DNA of 64,000 bases from Chrysomallon squamiferum. Taxonomy: Eukaryota; Animalia; Mollusca. The DNA lies in the NCBI GenBank assembly GCA_012295275.1, contig CM022678.1, forward strand, positions 17,856,001 through 17,920,000. Reading direction: 5' to 3'. The position numbers were made by a program, and so were the translations under genes. Positions 26,596 through 40,782 of the stretch are shown in pieces. Positions within the stretch are counted from its first letter, which is position 1, and every line of letters starts with the position of its first letter. The notes under the pieces are model-generated. The model saw only the letters and a list, made by a program, of their open reading frames with translations. It was not told the origin of the DNA and searched no databases.

Positions 26596-26937
26596 GGTGT
26601 AATCAAGTATGATGGTAAAGTGGATGGTGGTTGATTTGAGGACAGGAACATGTATATGTACATAAACACATGATTGTATGTGTGTGTACACCCACAATAC
26701 AAACACAGACGTGTGTATAGGAATGATAATGTATTTGTGTGCTTAGGAAGTGATGGGTATGTATGTTTATATTAAAGGATGAGTAACTACATATATATGT
26801 GTAAAATAGGGTGGATATATGGTAAAATGTAAAATGGACACAAGAAAGGTAGCTTGATAGACAGAGCAAAGATAGAGAGATGCAAGAAGGGACATTTCTA
26901 AGAAAGACTGAGTCTGTTGTTTGTGTGTTAGAGAGTG

Positions 26938-26983
<46 letters not shown>

Positions 26984-28483
26984 ACTAATTTTGAGAGAAT
27001 GAGATAGATTAATAGTTAGATAGATGGATTGTTAGATGATGAGAGATAGGTAGACAATAATTATACAGATAGATAGATTAGATAGATGATAGCTAGACAA
27101 ACTGATGTGTAAGAGTCTTTATTATGTATTTGTGTGTTAAAAAGAATGGGTATATAAATGTGTGTGAAAGATAGTGTCCTTTTGTTGGATTTTTGAGAGA
27201 GTCAGATGACTGATAGAGAGATGAGAGAATGAATTTGGGTTTATGTTTGTATATGTATGTTAGAGAGGATATATGTAGAGAGATGGATATTTACAAACTA
27301 CATAAATATATACATATATAGGTCCATAATAATGAGTATATGTGTATGAATATATTGTTATGTATTTAGAGGATTGGGATATAAATGAATGTGTAAATGA
27401 GAGTATGTTTATATTTGAGTATGTGTGTTAAAAAGAAAGGCTAGATATAGACAGATAACTGAGACAGAGACTGATATGTAGGTGTGGTTATATGTTTTGG
27501 TGTGTTATAGAGAGAGAACAGGTATTGACCTCTGTCTGAAACTGAGAAGTATGCCCTGTGAATGAGATAGATTAATAGAGATAATTATATATCTATGTAT
27601 AGATATAGAGATAGAGATAGATAAGATTGACAGATGAGAGATAGATATATGAGATAGGTGCATATATAGATATCTTTATTAAACAGAGAAAGGATGGGTC
27701 AACAAATACTTGAGAACAAGATTGTGTTTATGCTGTTTATTTATTTTAGATAGATTAGATATAGAATTGTGGATGGATTTACTTAGAGACAGGCATGTGT
27801 AATAATATACTGAGTACTTTTGGGAGGGTTAGAGAGAGGTGATGTGTGAATGAAAAAATATATATATATATTATTTAAGCTATGTCTGCATATGTGAAAG
27901 CTGGAGTGCATATGTAAAAAAGAGTATATCTCTTTGTGAGCAAGATAGAGAATACATGCATGTTCAAAAAGGAGTGTTCTTTGTATAATACACCCATTCT
28001 TCCTAAAAATATACAATTGTTTTTCAAAAATACATACACTTCTGTCTATACTCTGTTCTACTGTCTTTATATCTATATACAGAAAAGGCTTTCAAATTAA
28101 TGCCACTGTATTCAAATTTGGAAAAAATAGAAGTACCCTATGTATCCACATTCTCTCTAATGCACAGACACATAATATTAATGAACCATACATGTTTACA
28201 CACTACATCTTTTACATTGACACATATATTTCTGTCTTTCTGTCTCTCTGTCTACCTATGTATCTATCTACAATACATATGCACTCTCAAAAACACGGAG
28301 AAAACACACACAAAACCACACATGATATACCCATTCTTTCTATCTAACTCATAAACACATATTACCACAGTTTCTTGCTCAAATACCTGAATCAACTATC
28401 AGACATATTCATCAGTTCATATTCACTCTCTAAAAGATATCTATTTCACACACACACACACACACGCACACACACATCTAAAA

Positions 28484-28519
<36 letters not shown>

Positions 28520-30185
28520 ACACTTTATTATATACCCCACATTACCATCATACAGTTGCTTACATCTGTCATGTCTCTTAATCTGTTTGTCTATGAGTGT
28601 GTTCCTCTGTGGCTTTCTATTTGTCTTTGTTCCTTTCTATCAGTCTATTTATCTGTCCTACAAACAATCTGTCAGTCTGTCTAAGTTTTTATCTATCAAA
28701 CTCTCTACCTCTGAGTCTCTCTGTCTCACTCACCTGCTGCATGCACAGCAACTTTCAAAATCTTTCTGTTTGCCTGTCCATTTATAACCCATCCTCTCTC
28801 TCTCTCTCTGCTCATATCATGTTTTTATTGTGAATGAAAGTGGATTTTTTAAATGAATATATAGATATATTCCATTGTTGAAGAGAAAAAATGCAGATTG
28901 TTCAGGGTTAATTTTCACATTCATTATACATATTTTAATACATTTTCATTTTTGCTGTTGTTGGTAAAAATTCAAATTAAATCTATTTCAGTACAGATTT
29001 TAAATAAAAATAATAATAATTATTTTTTAGGCTTACTCAACAAATTTACACTCTGTTTCTTGGGTGTTTTTTGAAAAAGAAATAATAATAATAGTAATAA
29101 TAATTGTTCTAATTAGTGAAAATTTAGTATAAACTTATATAATATTAAGTAAGAAAAAAAGAAAAAAAAAAGAAAGAAAAACAATGTTAATTAAAAAAGA
29201 ACAAGAAAGATTCTGTTTTTATTTTGTGATTGAAAAAGAAATACTGAAAATAAATAAATACAAATTTAAAATTCAATAAATTCTTTCAGTGCTAAAAAAA
29301 AGAAGCTTATTTGTATTTCTGTTGTTCATGAAAATGAAAATTGATATAAATATTAGAATTTAAGAGATCCCATTTCCATTATTGAGCATTCTGTAGTGCT
29401 TCATCTTTTTGGTGATGTATAATATTATTAATAAACGAATAGTTCTTATTAAACCGTCTGATTTTATTATTATTATTTTTTTTAGTGACATGCATGTTGA
29501 AAACTGGTCTGGATTACGACGTTAGTTTACACTACCAAAAAAATCTACAATGTATAAACGAAATTCTGAGATGACGTGATATAAAGACACTAACTTCATC
29601 CTTCAGCAAGCATCATGATATTATTTTAGATGTCATAATATGTGATGGTTTTGGCAGCCGGAAAATAACAAATGATCCCAAATAAATCTTTCTTTACAAA
29701 ACAATTTAAATCAAGATTGATAAAAATAAATTATTTTCATTGTTTGTGCAGCGTGTGTGTGTGTGGTATCTTAATTCTTCTGTCTTCTTCTGTTTTATTA
29801 TTCTTGTTTCTTCTTATTCCTGTGTTTATTCATATTTCTTCATATTGTTTTTATTTGTTTTAATGTTTGTGTTTTCTTTAAAGTTATTTGATTGTTTATT
29901 TTTAACCTGTTAACCGTGATTATTGTTTCTTGTTATTTTTCTATATGGAAGTTTCTTCATAATCTTCTTTTTCTTCTTTTTCTTCTTTTGTGTTCCTCTT
30001 TCTGTATTTATTTTCAGATATTTTTGCAAGATTTTATAATATTACAATTTACTTATTATTTTTCAGTCTCCGAGTTTCTCTTTGTAGTTCTTATTCTTCT
30101 TTCTTTTTGTTTCTTCATATTTTAAATTCTTAGTTTTTATTTTAATATTTTTGATTATTTATTTATTATTTAAAAAAAAAAAAAA

Positions 30186-30229
<44 letters not shown>

Positions 30230-30657
30230 TTTTTATTTTTTTTTTTTTTTTTTAATCTACTGACCATTCATATTCTTATTAATTTTCTTCTTCATTCTTT
30301 TTGTTTCTTATTCTTCATTTCCTAGTTTCTGCTTATTCTTTTATGTTACCATTATTTGTTATTTACTTACTTTTTCCTGACATCACTTAAAATACACTAT
30401 ATTATTTCTTTTAGTTCTTCAGTCTCTTTCTTTTATCATTTTAATTTTGTTATCCTGCTCATGGTTATTTAAAAAATTAGAGTTCTTTTTATTATTATTA
30501 TTATTGTATGTGTATGCGTATATATTTATATTATTATTATAATATTTATTTATTTATTTTATTTATTTATTGTATTATTATTTTCAGTCTGTTAACAGCA
30601 TCTCTATCTTTCTAGTTATTTTTCTACATTCTAATAATTCAAATTATTTTATTTTAA

Positions 30658-30693
<36 letters not shown>

Positions 30694-32265
30694 TACAGGC
30701 TAGTTATAATTCTTTTTAGTATTATATTTCTTCTTCATGTTTCTTCTTATTCAGTTGTGAGTGAACTTTTTTTGCTTTGTTTTGGTTTTTACTCACATTT
30801 GTTTTTTCAAATGATCTGAGGTCAGAACTTACACTTAGTTACAGCACTTAAGAGATACAAAACTGCACATAACAATATTCCTACATTATTCTCAACAGTA
30901 TTCAATGTTTTAATAAAACAAGTTACCTAGTAATATCTCAGATAATTAATATTTCAGTACACATTTTTGTTACTAGTGTAGATGTTCTTTCTAATTGAAA
31001 ATGTGATTCCACTGAGATGTCATATTTCTAGCATTTGCCAGTGAAAACACTGTTATTTTGATATTCCAAGCAGACCTGAACAATAATGAAGTTGTAAACT
31101 TGTATTGTTGTTATCAATATATTTTGTTTTCTAAAAATTACTATTATTAGTGATTTTTTAGAACCAGTATTATTCTGATAACTTGTTTGTTTCTATTAGT
31201 CTATTTTAAATAGTTACCAATCAGTTGTTAAAAATATTACGTGACAGTTGTATTTATATGTTTTTATTTTTTTGTTTTATTTTATTATTTACACAGAACT
31301 GACATGGGTTTCACATCATCAAAAAGAAATGGCAGTCAGCACCAAAAACACCAGTACCAGCATTAGACTGAGACAAACTGACATCACCACACCAACCACT
31401 GAAAACTCAAACTCCTGTGCCAAGCAAGGAAGATATGGATCCACAGAAAAAGTTTGATCATGTGATTCTTCTTGTGAATCCAGAGTTTTTGTTGAAAGAA
31501 TCCAGAGTTTTTGTTGAAAGCAGCCAGACAAAGACTTAAACTGCCACAAGCTTTACCACTTAGTCACTTAGTCAGATTTTAATAACTTTAAAAAATGTTC
31601 AAGTAAATATATTTGTAAATATGTCTATCTGTCTGTTTCTCTTTGTGTCTATCTATTTATTTATGTATTTCTATCTCTCTCTGCTTTTCTGTGTGTATTT
31701 CTTTCCTTGATAAAGGTGTTTGTCTTTCTGAGAATCTGTCTATATGCCTATGTTTCTGCTTACTATATACTTATCTGTTTGTCCTTCTATATTCACTGTG
31801 TCTTTATATATCATTTCTTATTTGTTCCTAATTAGCAAGTTTTTAGTTTTCTTTCTTTTTTCTTTATTTCTTCTCTTTATGTTTTTAACAATTACTTTCA
31901 AATACTTGTAATATTTTTGAAGTATAACAAAGAAAGAAAATATCTTATATAATCTTTCTTTACGTTCTCTTTTGATAATTCTGAATATAAATAGCTTAAG
32001 AATCAGTTAAAATAATTTTAAATTTATTCATAGTTTTAATTTATAAAAATGCTTTTAAAACAAGTTTATTTATTAATTTTCTTATTATTTTTAATTTATT
32101 TAAAATATAACCATACTGAGTTACAGAACATTGGATATTTACATTCATTATTATTAATCTTTTCATTATTTTATTTAATATTACAACCTACTGAATAATT
32201 TAGTATTGTATATTTTCATTAATTATTAACACCTTTATTTTTGGTTTTTTACTTATTTTTTTACC

Positions 32266-32436
32266 TTGGTTTTAAATTTATCAGGAAACAGTTTTGGACC
32301 TGAGGCTTTCCGAGCTGTGTGTTTGGCAATGTGTTCTAACACAACAGTGATCTTCCTTAGCCTCACCACCAACAAAACAGACACTGAGAGTGCTGTGAGT
32401 AATCTTAATTATAACTGTTATAAAATGTTTTATAAC

Positions 32437-32484
<48 letters not shown>

Positions 32485-32908
32485 CAATAATAGTAATAAT
32501 AATAATAATAAAAAACTTAATAACAAGAAAGTATTTTATATTTATATATGTATAACTGTGAAAAACAAATTCTTATTTTCTCTTCTTCTTCTTCTTCTTA
32601 TTATTATTACTGTTGCCATTATTATTATTATTGTTGTTGTTGTTATTATTAATATTATTATTGTTATTGTTATTGTTATTATTAGTAGTAGTATATGTAA
32701 TTCTCCAGTAGTGTCAATTAGGTACTAATATTGCTACTTCTGCTCCTACCACTGTTATTCTATTACTGAAAAAAATACTAACAGTGACTTTCAACGCACT
32801 AAAACTATTATATATCTATGTACCACTATGTCTCTTACTGCTATTTCTACTGTTGTTATTTATATGTTAATTATATTATATTTACTACCATTATTACATC
32901 TACTACTG

Positions 32909-32979
<71 letters not shown>

Positions 32980-34357
32980 GTGGTGGCTCCAGTTATTTAC
33001 TACCTCTTCTTGTTGTATTTACTACTACTACACAACCTAAGCTAATTCTACCACAGTTACAACTAGTACTAATAATACAACTAGTATAGTTACTACTAAT
33101 ACTACAACTATTACCACTATTACTACTACTAGTTCTACTAATACTAAAACTATTACTACTTCTAGTATTGTTACCACTAATAGCACAACTACGAATTCTG
33201 CTGCTGCTGTTACAACTACTACTACAACTTCTACTACTGCTACCACTGCTACTACTACTGTTACTAATACTAAAACTACTACTAGTGCTGTTACTACTAG
33301 TTCTATTGCTAGTATTACTACAACTACTACTACAGCTGTTGATACTGTTGCTACTATTAAGATCTGACAAATTTCTCGTTATTATTATTATTATTTTTTT
33401 TTTCTGCTGATAGTTAAAATACAGTTGCCAAGTTACTTTAGATATTCCAGAATCCAAACCAGACACAAGTTTTCTTCAGGAATTAAGTCTGAACTCCAGT
33501 TGTTTATTAGGTATGTGTATTAAATATGTAAAAACTGCTTGTTTACTTTTTGTCTTTGTTCTCATGCTCTTGAAAACTCTCTCTCTCTCTCTCTTTTTGA
33601 CTCCTACACATACCTTCTCTCTGTATATTTTTTCTTTATCCATAATTATCAACCTCATTCTACTTAACACTCTCTCTTTCTTTCTCATTCATTCTTTGTC
33701 ATTCTATTTGTGTCTGTGTCTGGCATCTCAGTGTATTTGTCATCTGTTGTTGGTATATTTAGGGTTAGTTGGTGTTTGTTTCTGAGTTTCTGTCTGTCTG
33801 TGTATGTGTGTCTCTGTAAATGTACTTGCTAGCTTTTTCTATGTGTATTTCGGGATGTGTTGTGGTATGTATATGAAAGATGAATGATTTTTTTTTAATC
33901 ATTTTTATCAAGATGAATCAAACCAAAGTTCTGTTGCAAGTCTGGTGTATGGCATTAATGAAGCTGATGGACTCACAGAGAAACTGTCCATAGAGAAATT
34001 TACAAACTTGAAGTATATCAATTTAAGAAAAGCAGAACTAAACTCTAGTACTTTTGGACAATTACTTTTGTGGATGTCACTGACTCAGTAAGCAACCATT
34101 ACCTTAGATGGGTTGAGAACAGCTGATACAGATGCTGTGAAAGCCATTTGTGGTCAGTAGTAGCCATTTGATTCATTAAAAGTAACTGTTACCGATTTTA
34201 ATTTTGTAAATGTTTTTAAATAATTGTATCTGTCTATCTATCTATCTATCTAGATAGATAGATCTACATCTCTCTTACTCTATCTCTGAGTCTCTTTCTG
34301 CCTTTTATAATTAATTTTGTAATTTTAGCTTTGCATATATTTATATTCCTGAGACTG

Positions 34358-34416
<59 letters not shown>

Positions 34417-34766
34417 AATAGTGATAATTGCTACTCAGATAATAGTGTGTGTGTGTATCAGCAATAGTTATAATTGTCACTACTCAGATAGTAGTGTGTG
34501 TGTGTGTGTGTGTGTGTCAGGAAAAGTGATAATTGTCACTACTCGGACAGTAGTGTGTGTGTGTTAAGAAATATTTGATTATCAGTTTATATGTTTAAAT
34601 GTTTTGTACAAAATACTCAGGCCTGTTTTATTTAAATTTAAGATTGAATCTGCCCTTAGTCTTTGTTTATGCCGCCAAGGGACACAACTCTGAGTTAAAG
34701 AGCTTGAATACTGTTGGAAACTCATTAGCTTCCTGATTAAACTGACAGCACCTGGAGGACATCCTG
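32266..34766 (+). pseudogene. Ribonuclease-inhibitor-like leucine-rich repeat gene remnant
   Basis: Exon-like pieces: ~32266-32394 LNLSGNSFGPEAFRAVCLAMCSNTTVIFLSLTTNKTDTESA|gtgagt; 33442-33510 FLQELSLNSSCLL; 33913-34152 FTNLKYINLRKAELNSSTFGQLL with an in-frame TAA; 34643-34766 LKSLNTVGNSL with stops. Confidence 0.65.
32895..33360. repeat. (ACT)n microsatellite and degenerate derivative
   Basis: Perfect actact run ~32910-32980 followed by a degenerate tract. Confidence 0.95.
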
Positions 34767-34883
34767 GTAAACAGTTATTGTTATTTTTTTATTTTAACAT
34801 TTATATGGTTCTTATTTATTGAAATTTGTCATCTCATTTATTTATTTATTTATCTGTAGGTGTTGTATTCTGTGTATGAAATT

Positions 34884-34928
<45 letters not shown>

Positions 34929-35319
34929 ATATATACATATATATGTGCATGTGTAACTTTTGGATAAACAGTTTTAAAATATCATTATAACTACATTATT
35001 TTTATTAACTTTATTTTCTTTACAAATACATTTACTGATTTTATATCAAATATAGACACATACTTACAAATGTATTTTGTTTGAACACAATCTATGAATG
35101 TATTTACAAATAAAAGAACAAGAAAATAGTTATTAATGTAGTGTGTGTGTGTGTAAGAGAGAGAGTGAGCGAGAGGAGCAAGAGAGCTTAATAAATATAA
35201 AATGATTAACATGAAATAGCATTTCTCATTACTTAACATATATATCTCAACTTTTGCATCCTATTTTTTTTCTTCAATTTTACATTAATTTCTAAATCTA
35301 CAATTTTCTTTTCTCTACC

Positions 35320-35351
<32 letters not shown>

Positions 35352-38149
35352 ATATCTATCTTAATGAGTTTAATTCTATTGTTTATTCTTGGTTGTTTCT
35401 TTTATAACACATTTTAAGACTCGTAATATCTTTATTTCTCTCTCACTATCTCTGATTCTCTCTTTCACTGTCTTTCTTTCTTTCATGGTCTTTTCCTGTT
35501 CATAAAGTGTATTTGCATAATTATGATACCTAGGTTTAAAGAAAGTAGTTTGTTTTTGCCTTGATGCACATTGAAAGGCTCACATATAACAAAAATAAAT
35601 AAATAAATAAATAAATAAAAAATAATAAAATAATGGTAACAAATAAAAAAAACATAAATTAAAAAATGTATTCTTTCGTTGGTAATTATGTGTATTGGTA
35701 TCATGTGCTCATAAAATGATGTCAGTTCTTTTTGTGAAATGGACAGGGATGAAAACATATCTTTAAATAACTGTGAAATTTTGGATAACCATTGTTTTTA
35801 CAAACTATACAAATGAATGAATGAATGAATGTCAATTCTACTTCATAGACAATTATTTTAAAAATGCTCTATAGAACATTTTCTGATACAAAGAATGTTA
35901 ATTTCAACCATACAACTTAACTGATGATTGTTGCCTCTATCCAGTGTTCTGATATAGAAAATAATAATTTCTACCATCCTGTTTGTATGATTTTCTTTAA
36001 TACTCTCTTCAACATTTTCTGATAAAGAATAGCATGATAAAATATGCTGTTAATTCTCACAGACTGATACTGATATTTATGTTCTAATAAAATGTATAAA
36101 GGACCAAAGTTTATAAAGGAAATAATATTTTTATTAGATTTTTGTTTTCAGGTATCTTAATCTTTGTTGTTTTCATTGAAGTGTTTTTGGTAATGTCAGT
36201 TATCATTTATTTAAGGCCAGGATGTGATCTCTGAGCCTGTTAGTTTAACGATTAACCATAAAAACTGTTAAAAATGTGTGTATACATTTGTGTGTGTGTG
36301 TGTTCAATAGTTCACTCAGATTTTATTTTATTTTGTTGAAAGTTGTTTGGTTTTTGTACTTTTTCTGTTTCACTTGTTTTTTTCTATCTTTCTCTTTGAT
36401 CATCTTCCTTATTTGTTTCATTCTTTTAAAATAACATAAAATTCTATGACTATCTGTTTGAGAAATTTTACTTGGTAACTGTTTATTTTTTATTTCAGGC
36501 GAAAAAAGGAAAGTGTTATATGGTAGAGGAGCAAGAGAGCATTTTTGATGCACACCCTAGATCTGTATCTGCTGTCTTCTGTACAGAGAAATTTCTATTT
36601 AACTTACACTTGTTGTTTAGATGTTATAATTACTAATGTTGATATTTATTAAAATAAATATAATTTATTTCATTTTCAGTTGTTGCCTTGTTTTTCATTA
36701 TTAATGCATTTTTAAGATAAATTGAATGAACTGTTTCAAATACAATAAACATCTCTACCAAAAAGTTTGATCACATTATTGTAAACACTGATGTGAAAAC
36801 AACTGTGATTTCTTCAAATGTAAATTCTCTTAACCCACTTGATCGCTGACTGTAAATCATAAAACAAAAGACTTGAATTGATATAAGGAACATGTTTTTA
36901 TTAGTTTGCATACATTTCAATACAAATATTGAGTCCTTTTTTCACATTCAGTTTACAAAAGGCATTTTTCTTACATTCATATTCACAAATTAAATGTCTT
37001 TTTTAAATACTGAAAAAGTATGTTCTTTAATAAGTTATTTTATTATTGACAATAATAAGACTATACAGAAACGCGTGAAGTGCTAGATGAATACTGTATT
37101 TATTATTGTATTGATATTACTGAAAATTAACTGTGCACCTTTCAGTGTCAGAACGTGATACTTTGTTTTATAACTGCAGTAACATGACATTCCACAACAC
37201 AGTTTACATCTCTCCCTATGTTTATAGTTTTCTTTATAGTCTGCCAAATTTCATAATGAATTAACAGTTACTTAAATTGGGAAATTAATAATTAAACTAT
37301 AAGGTACATCTGAATTATTTAGTGCAATTAATTAAAATTTGTTAATTTCTGCATCATGTTTAAAAATACTGTTGAGCTTTAGAAATCATCATTTTGATAT
37401 AAAATATGTGTATACTGGTTTGAAACTGTATACTGAGTATTCTGTTTGCCAAATGACTGAAATGAATCTCAGATTTTTACACAGATTATGAAGGAAAAAT
37501 ACCAAGTAAATTTTATTCAGATAAAAATTCGTTACTTGCTTCAGATCAATCATATCACTGATATTTTGGTGTAATCTCCTGTTTTTTATTTTTATTTTAT
37601 TTTATTTTATTTTATTTTATTTTATTTTTTTTTTCATTATTTTTAAGTTATATAATTTAAAAGATAATTATATTTTTGAAAATATATTACATAGCTGCTA
37701 AATATAATTACATAATAATTTAAATGAAAAGCAAAATATAGCTGATTACTCTGCTGATTGATAAATAATAATTCTGCTAAATTTATCAAAAAAAAAAAAA
37801 AAAAAAAAAAAATTACACTCGAGTCTTGTGACAAGATTCTACATCGTATTGTTTTCGATTATCTGCCCTTGAAAACTTTCCATAAAGCAGACGACGAAAC
37901 ATTTTACATACTAAATTACAAACATGTACTCCAAAGTATATATAGAATATAGCTGTCGTATATAGCTGTGTAATGAGTAATACATGTAAATGTGTAGGTA
38001 CGTTCCAGGAATATCAAATATCGATTTCCATACAATATAAACAATATACCGTATCTATTAATATGTGATAAATAACTAAAATATAAACAATAAAAATAAA
38101 TACAGTGGACGCTGTCAAAACCGGATGATTCATTGAGACCAACGTTTTC

Positions 38150-38914
38150 TCTGTGATTTTCTACAGTTGCATTTAACAATCACTACATATGTGTGTGGAT
38201 AGCTAAATATTTTTGCCACCGAGAATATTAACTGTTCATTTGTCAAATCTAAAACGTCTTCTATCTCTCCCGCTAATTCTCTACCGTTAATTTCATAGTC
38301 ATGAAATACGCTCTGAATTGTTTCCGTTCTGTGTTTCTCGAGACTGATGCCCATCCAATTACGTACATAGTTGTATTTTTTCATTTTGTATGCGAGGCAA
38401 CCTAACTGATAGCAGTCTTCTGCTGATAATTTCTGTATATATAGTTCATATATAAACCGTCTGCTAATCTTGTCACATTTAATTTGTACGTGTCCTGAAG
38501 TCGGAACACAGCTGCAGTTACCCCTTCCAAATATTCGTAACTTGGAAGATGTTCACGAATTTCATGTAGTTCAGTTAGCGCTCTCTGGGACGTAATACTT
38601 TCGTAAAGAATAGGCTGCACATCTCGTTCCCAGTCCAACGTGAAACGTTTAATATATAAAAATGCACCAATCGGGTTGGCTATGTAACGATTTGGGTCTT
38701 TTAGTGCGATCGAACAGTGCTGTTCCATTTGATCTGAAATTGTTTTCAACTTTTCCAATTTAGTTCCTTGTTCGTGAACGTGACTGAAATTTCTTAATGC
38801 TATTGCCAAGTCTCTTCCTGCTAGTACAGAGCTGTAGAGATGTGATACGGACGTAAACAGTTCTGAATTCACAGCTGATAAAAGCAAAACTAAAATAATG
38901 TACTGCTGATACAT
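38150..38914 (-). pseudogene. Prolyl 4-hydroxylase alpha subunit N-terminal region, frameshifted and apparently 3'-truncated
   Basis: Signal peptide, then ELFTSVSHL, NPIGAFLYIKRFTLDW and LPSYEYLEGVTAAVFRLQDTYKLNVTRLADG (P4Ha_N domain). After a TA-repeat frameshift at ~38440 it continues KLSAEDCYQLGCLAYKMKKYNYVRNWMGISLEK (cf. LTAEDCFELGKVAY...WMEQAL). No catalytic domain is found downstream. Confidence 0.9.
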
Positions 38915-39146
38915 ATTTGAAGGTATCTGCTAGTGATATGAATTCTAAATATCTGGTATAAAAATAGAGTTATGATGATTTAATTTTAAACATATGTCAG
39001 TTTAAATTAAGCTGGGGGGGGAATAAAACTACACATTTCATTATTTTATATTTCATTTTATTTGTTTATTTTATTTATTTTATTATTTTTACTTTTTCTT
39101 ATTTGTTGTACATTTGTTTTTGTCTTTGAGTTTATGTGTGTGTGAG

Positions 39147-39217
<71 letters not shown>

Positions 39218-39399
39218 TTTTTATTTTTGAATTTTATTTTATGAATGTGTTTGAATAAATGTCAGTTTTAATAGATACAAAATGTGTTTTTTTATACAAA
39301 AATCATTAAACTTTATTACATTTCCATTTTTATTTTTATTTTTCTTTCTTTCTCTCTGTAGACGACTATATTCTGTGAATCGTGAAGAATCTCCTCTTA

Positions 39400-39942
39400 A
39401 GTAAATAAATACAGTACAGTGACGTGATATTAGCAGTATTAAGTACATAAATACTGTACAGTAATGGGATATTAGCAGTATTAAGTACATAAATACTATT
39501 ATATTAATGTGATATTAGCAGTATTAAGTAAATAAATACTGTACAGTAATGGGATATTAGCAGTATTAAGTACATAAATACTATTATATTAATGTGATAT
39601 TAGCAGTATTAAGTAAATAAATACTGTACAGTAATGGGATATTAGCAGTATTAAGTAAATAAATACTATTATATTAATGGGATATTAGCAGTATTAAGTA
39701 AATAAATACTGTACAGTAATGGGATATTAGCAGTATTAAGTACATAAATACTATTACATTAATGTGATATTAGCAGTATTAAGTAAATAAATACTGTTCA
39801 GTAACGTGATATTAGCAGTATTAAGTACATAAATACTATACTGTAATGTGATATTACTAGAATTAAGTAAATAAACACTGTACAGTGACGTGATATTAGT
39901 AGCATTCAGTAAAAAAATACTGTACAGTGATGTGTGATATTA
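39400..39942. repeat. 42-bp minisatellite (~12-13 copies)
   Basis: aaatactgtacagtaatgggatattagcagtattaagtacat, alternating with a ctattatatt variant. Confidence 0.95.
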
Positions 39943-40487
39943 ACCAAGACGTTAAGAACAATCCTGGAACGACGGCGACATTCGTAGAAATCACAATAAT
40001 ATGTTTGAAGAGGTGATTCGCCCGCTCAGAAAGTTATTTTCCTGGACCAACGGCATTGACGCCTCATTAATAGAAATAGAAATGATAGTTTTTAATAAAG
40101 GACGGGCACGGTCACAAAATAAGAATAATAGCGAATAAAAAGAAGAATAATGAATGTTAAGAACAATCCTGGAACGACGGCAATGACGGCCTCAGTAATA
40201 GAAATATTAATGATATTTTTTTGACGTAGGATGTGGACACTAATTGCAATATTTAATAAAAGGCAAAATATAAAAAAAGTTCAGACAATGCTTTCAGACG
40301 TAGATCAAACATTGGTAAATTCCTGCACAATAATAAGCAACTTATTGTAGTGTGCGTTGTAAGTTTTGTGATTTTATTTGGTGCATTAATATAAATAAAC
40401 AGAAGAAAGAAAAAGTAGGGTAAAAAAAAAAAACACCGTTTATTTGAAGTTTACGGTCAACGATTGGCTAATAATAAGATAAAAAAA

Positions 40488-40518
<31 letters not shown>

Positions 40519-40782
40519 TAAAATAAATATATTTTAATAAAGATTGTTATGTCCCTTTATTTTATTTATTTGTTTTGAACATTATTTAATTTTTGTTTTA
40601 TTTATTTATTTATTTTCTTTGGGATTATATATGCGGAAAAATGCGGGATGATTGTCGGTCTTTACGGATTTACTTTTTTATTTCATGTTCGAAGAATTTT
40701 CTACAGAATTGGTGTAATCGCATTAAAAAAGTTGCTTAAAATATTTCATTTTGTGACGGAGACAGGTATTACTATTTATTAT

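Noticed and set aside
31297-31602. Exon-like GC-richer stretch upstream of the LRR remnant
   Set aside because: Stops or frameshifts in all frames and no assignable domain.
32993-33466. 157-aa Ser-rich ORF and overlapping Leu/Val-rich ORFs (mucin-like or transmembrane-like)
   Set aside because: Degenerate (ACT)n tract open in several frames, with no supporting splice structure.
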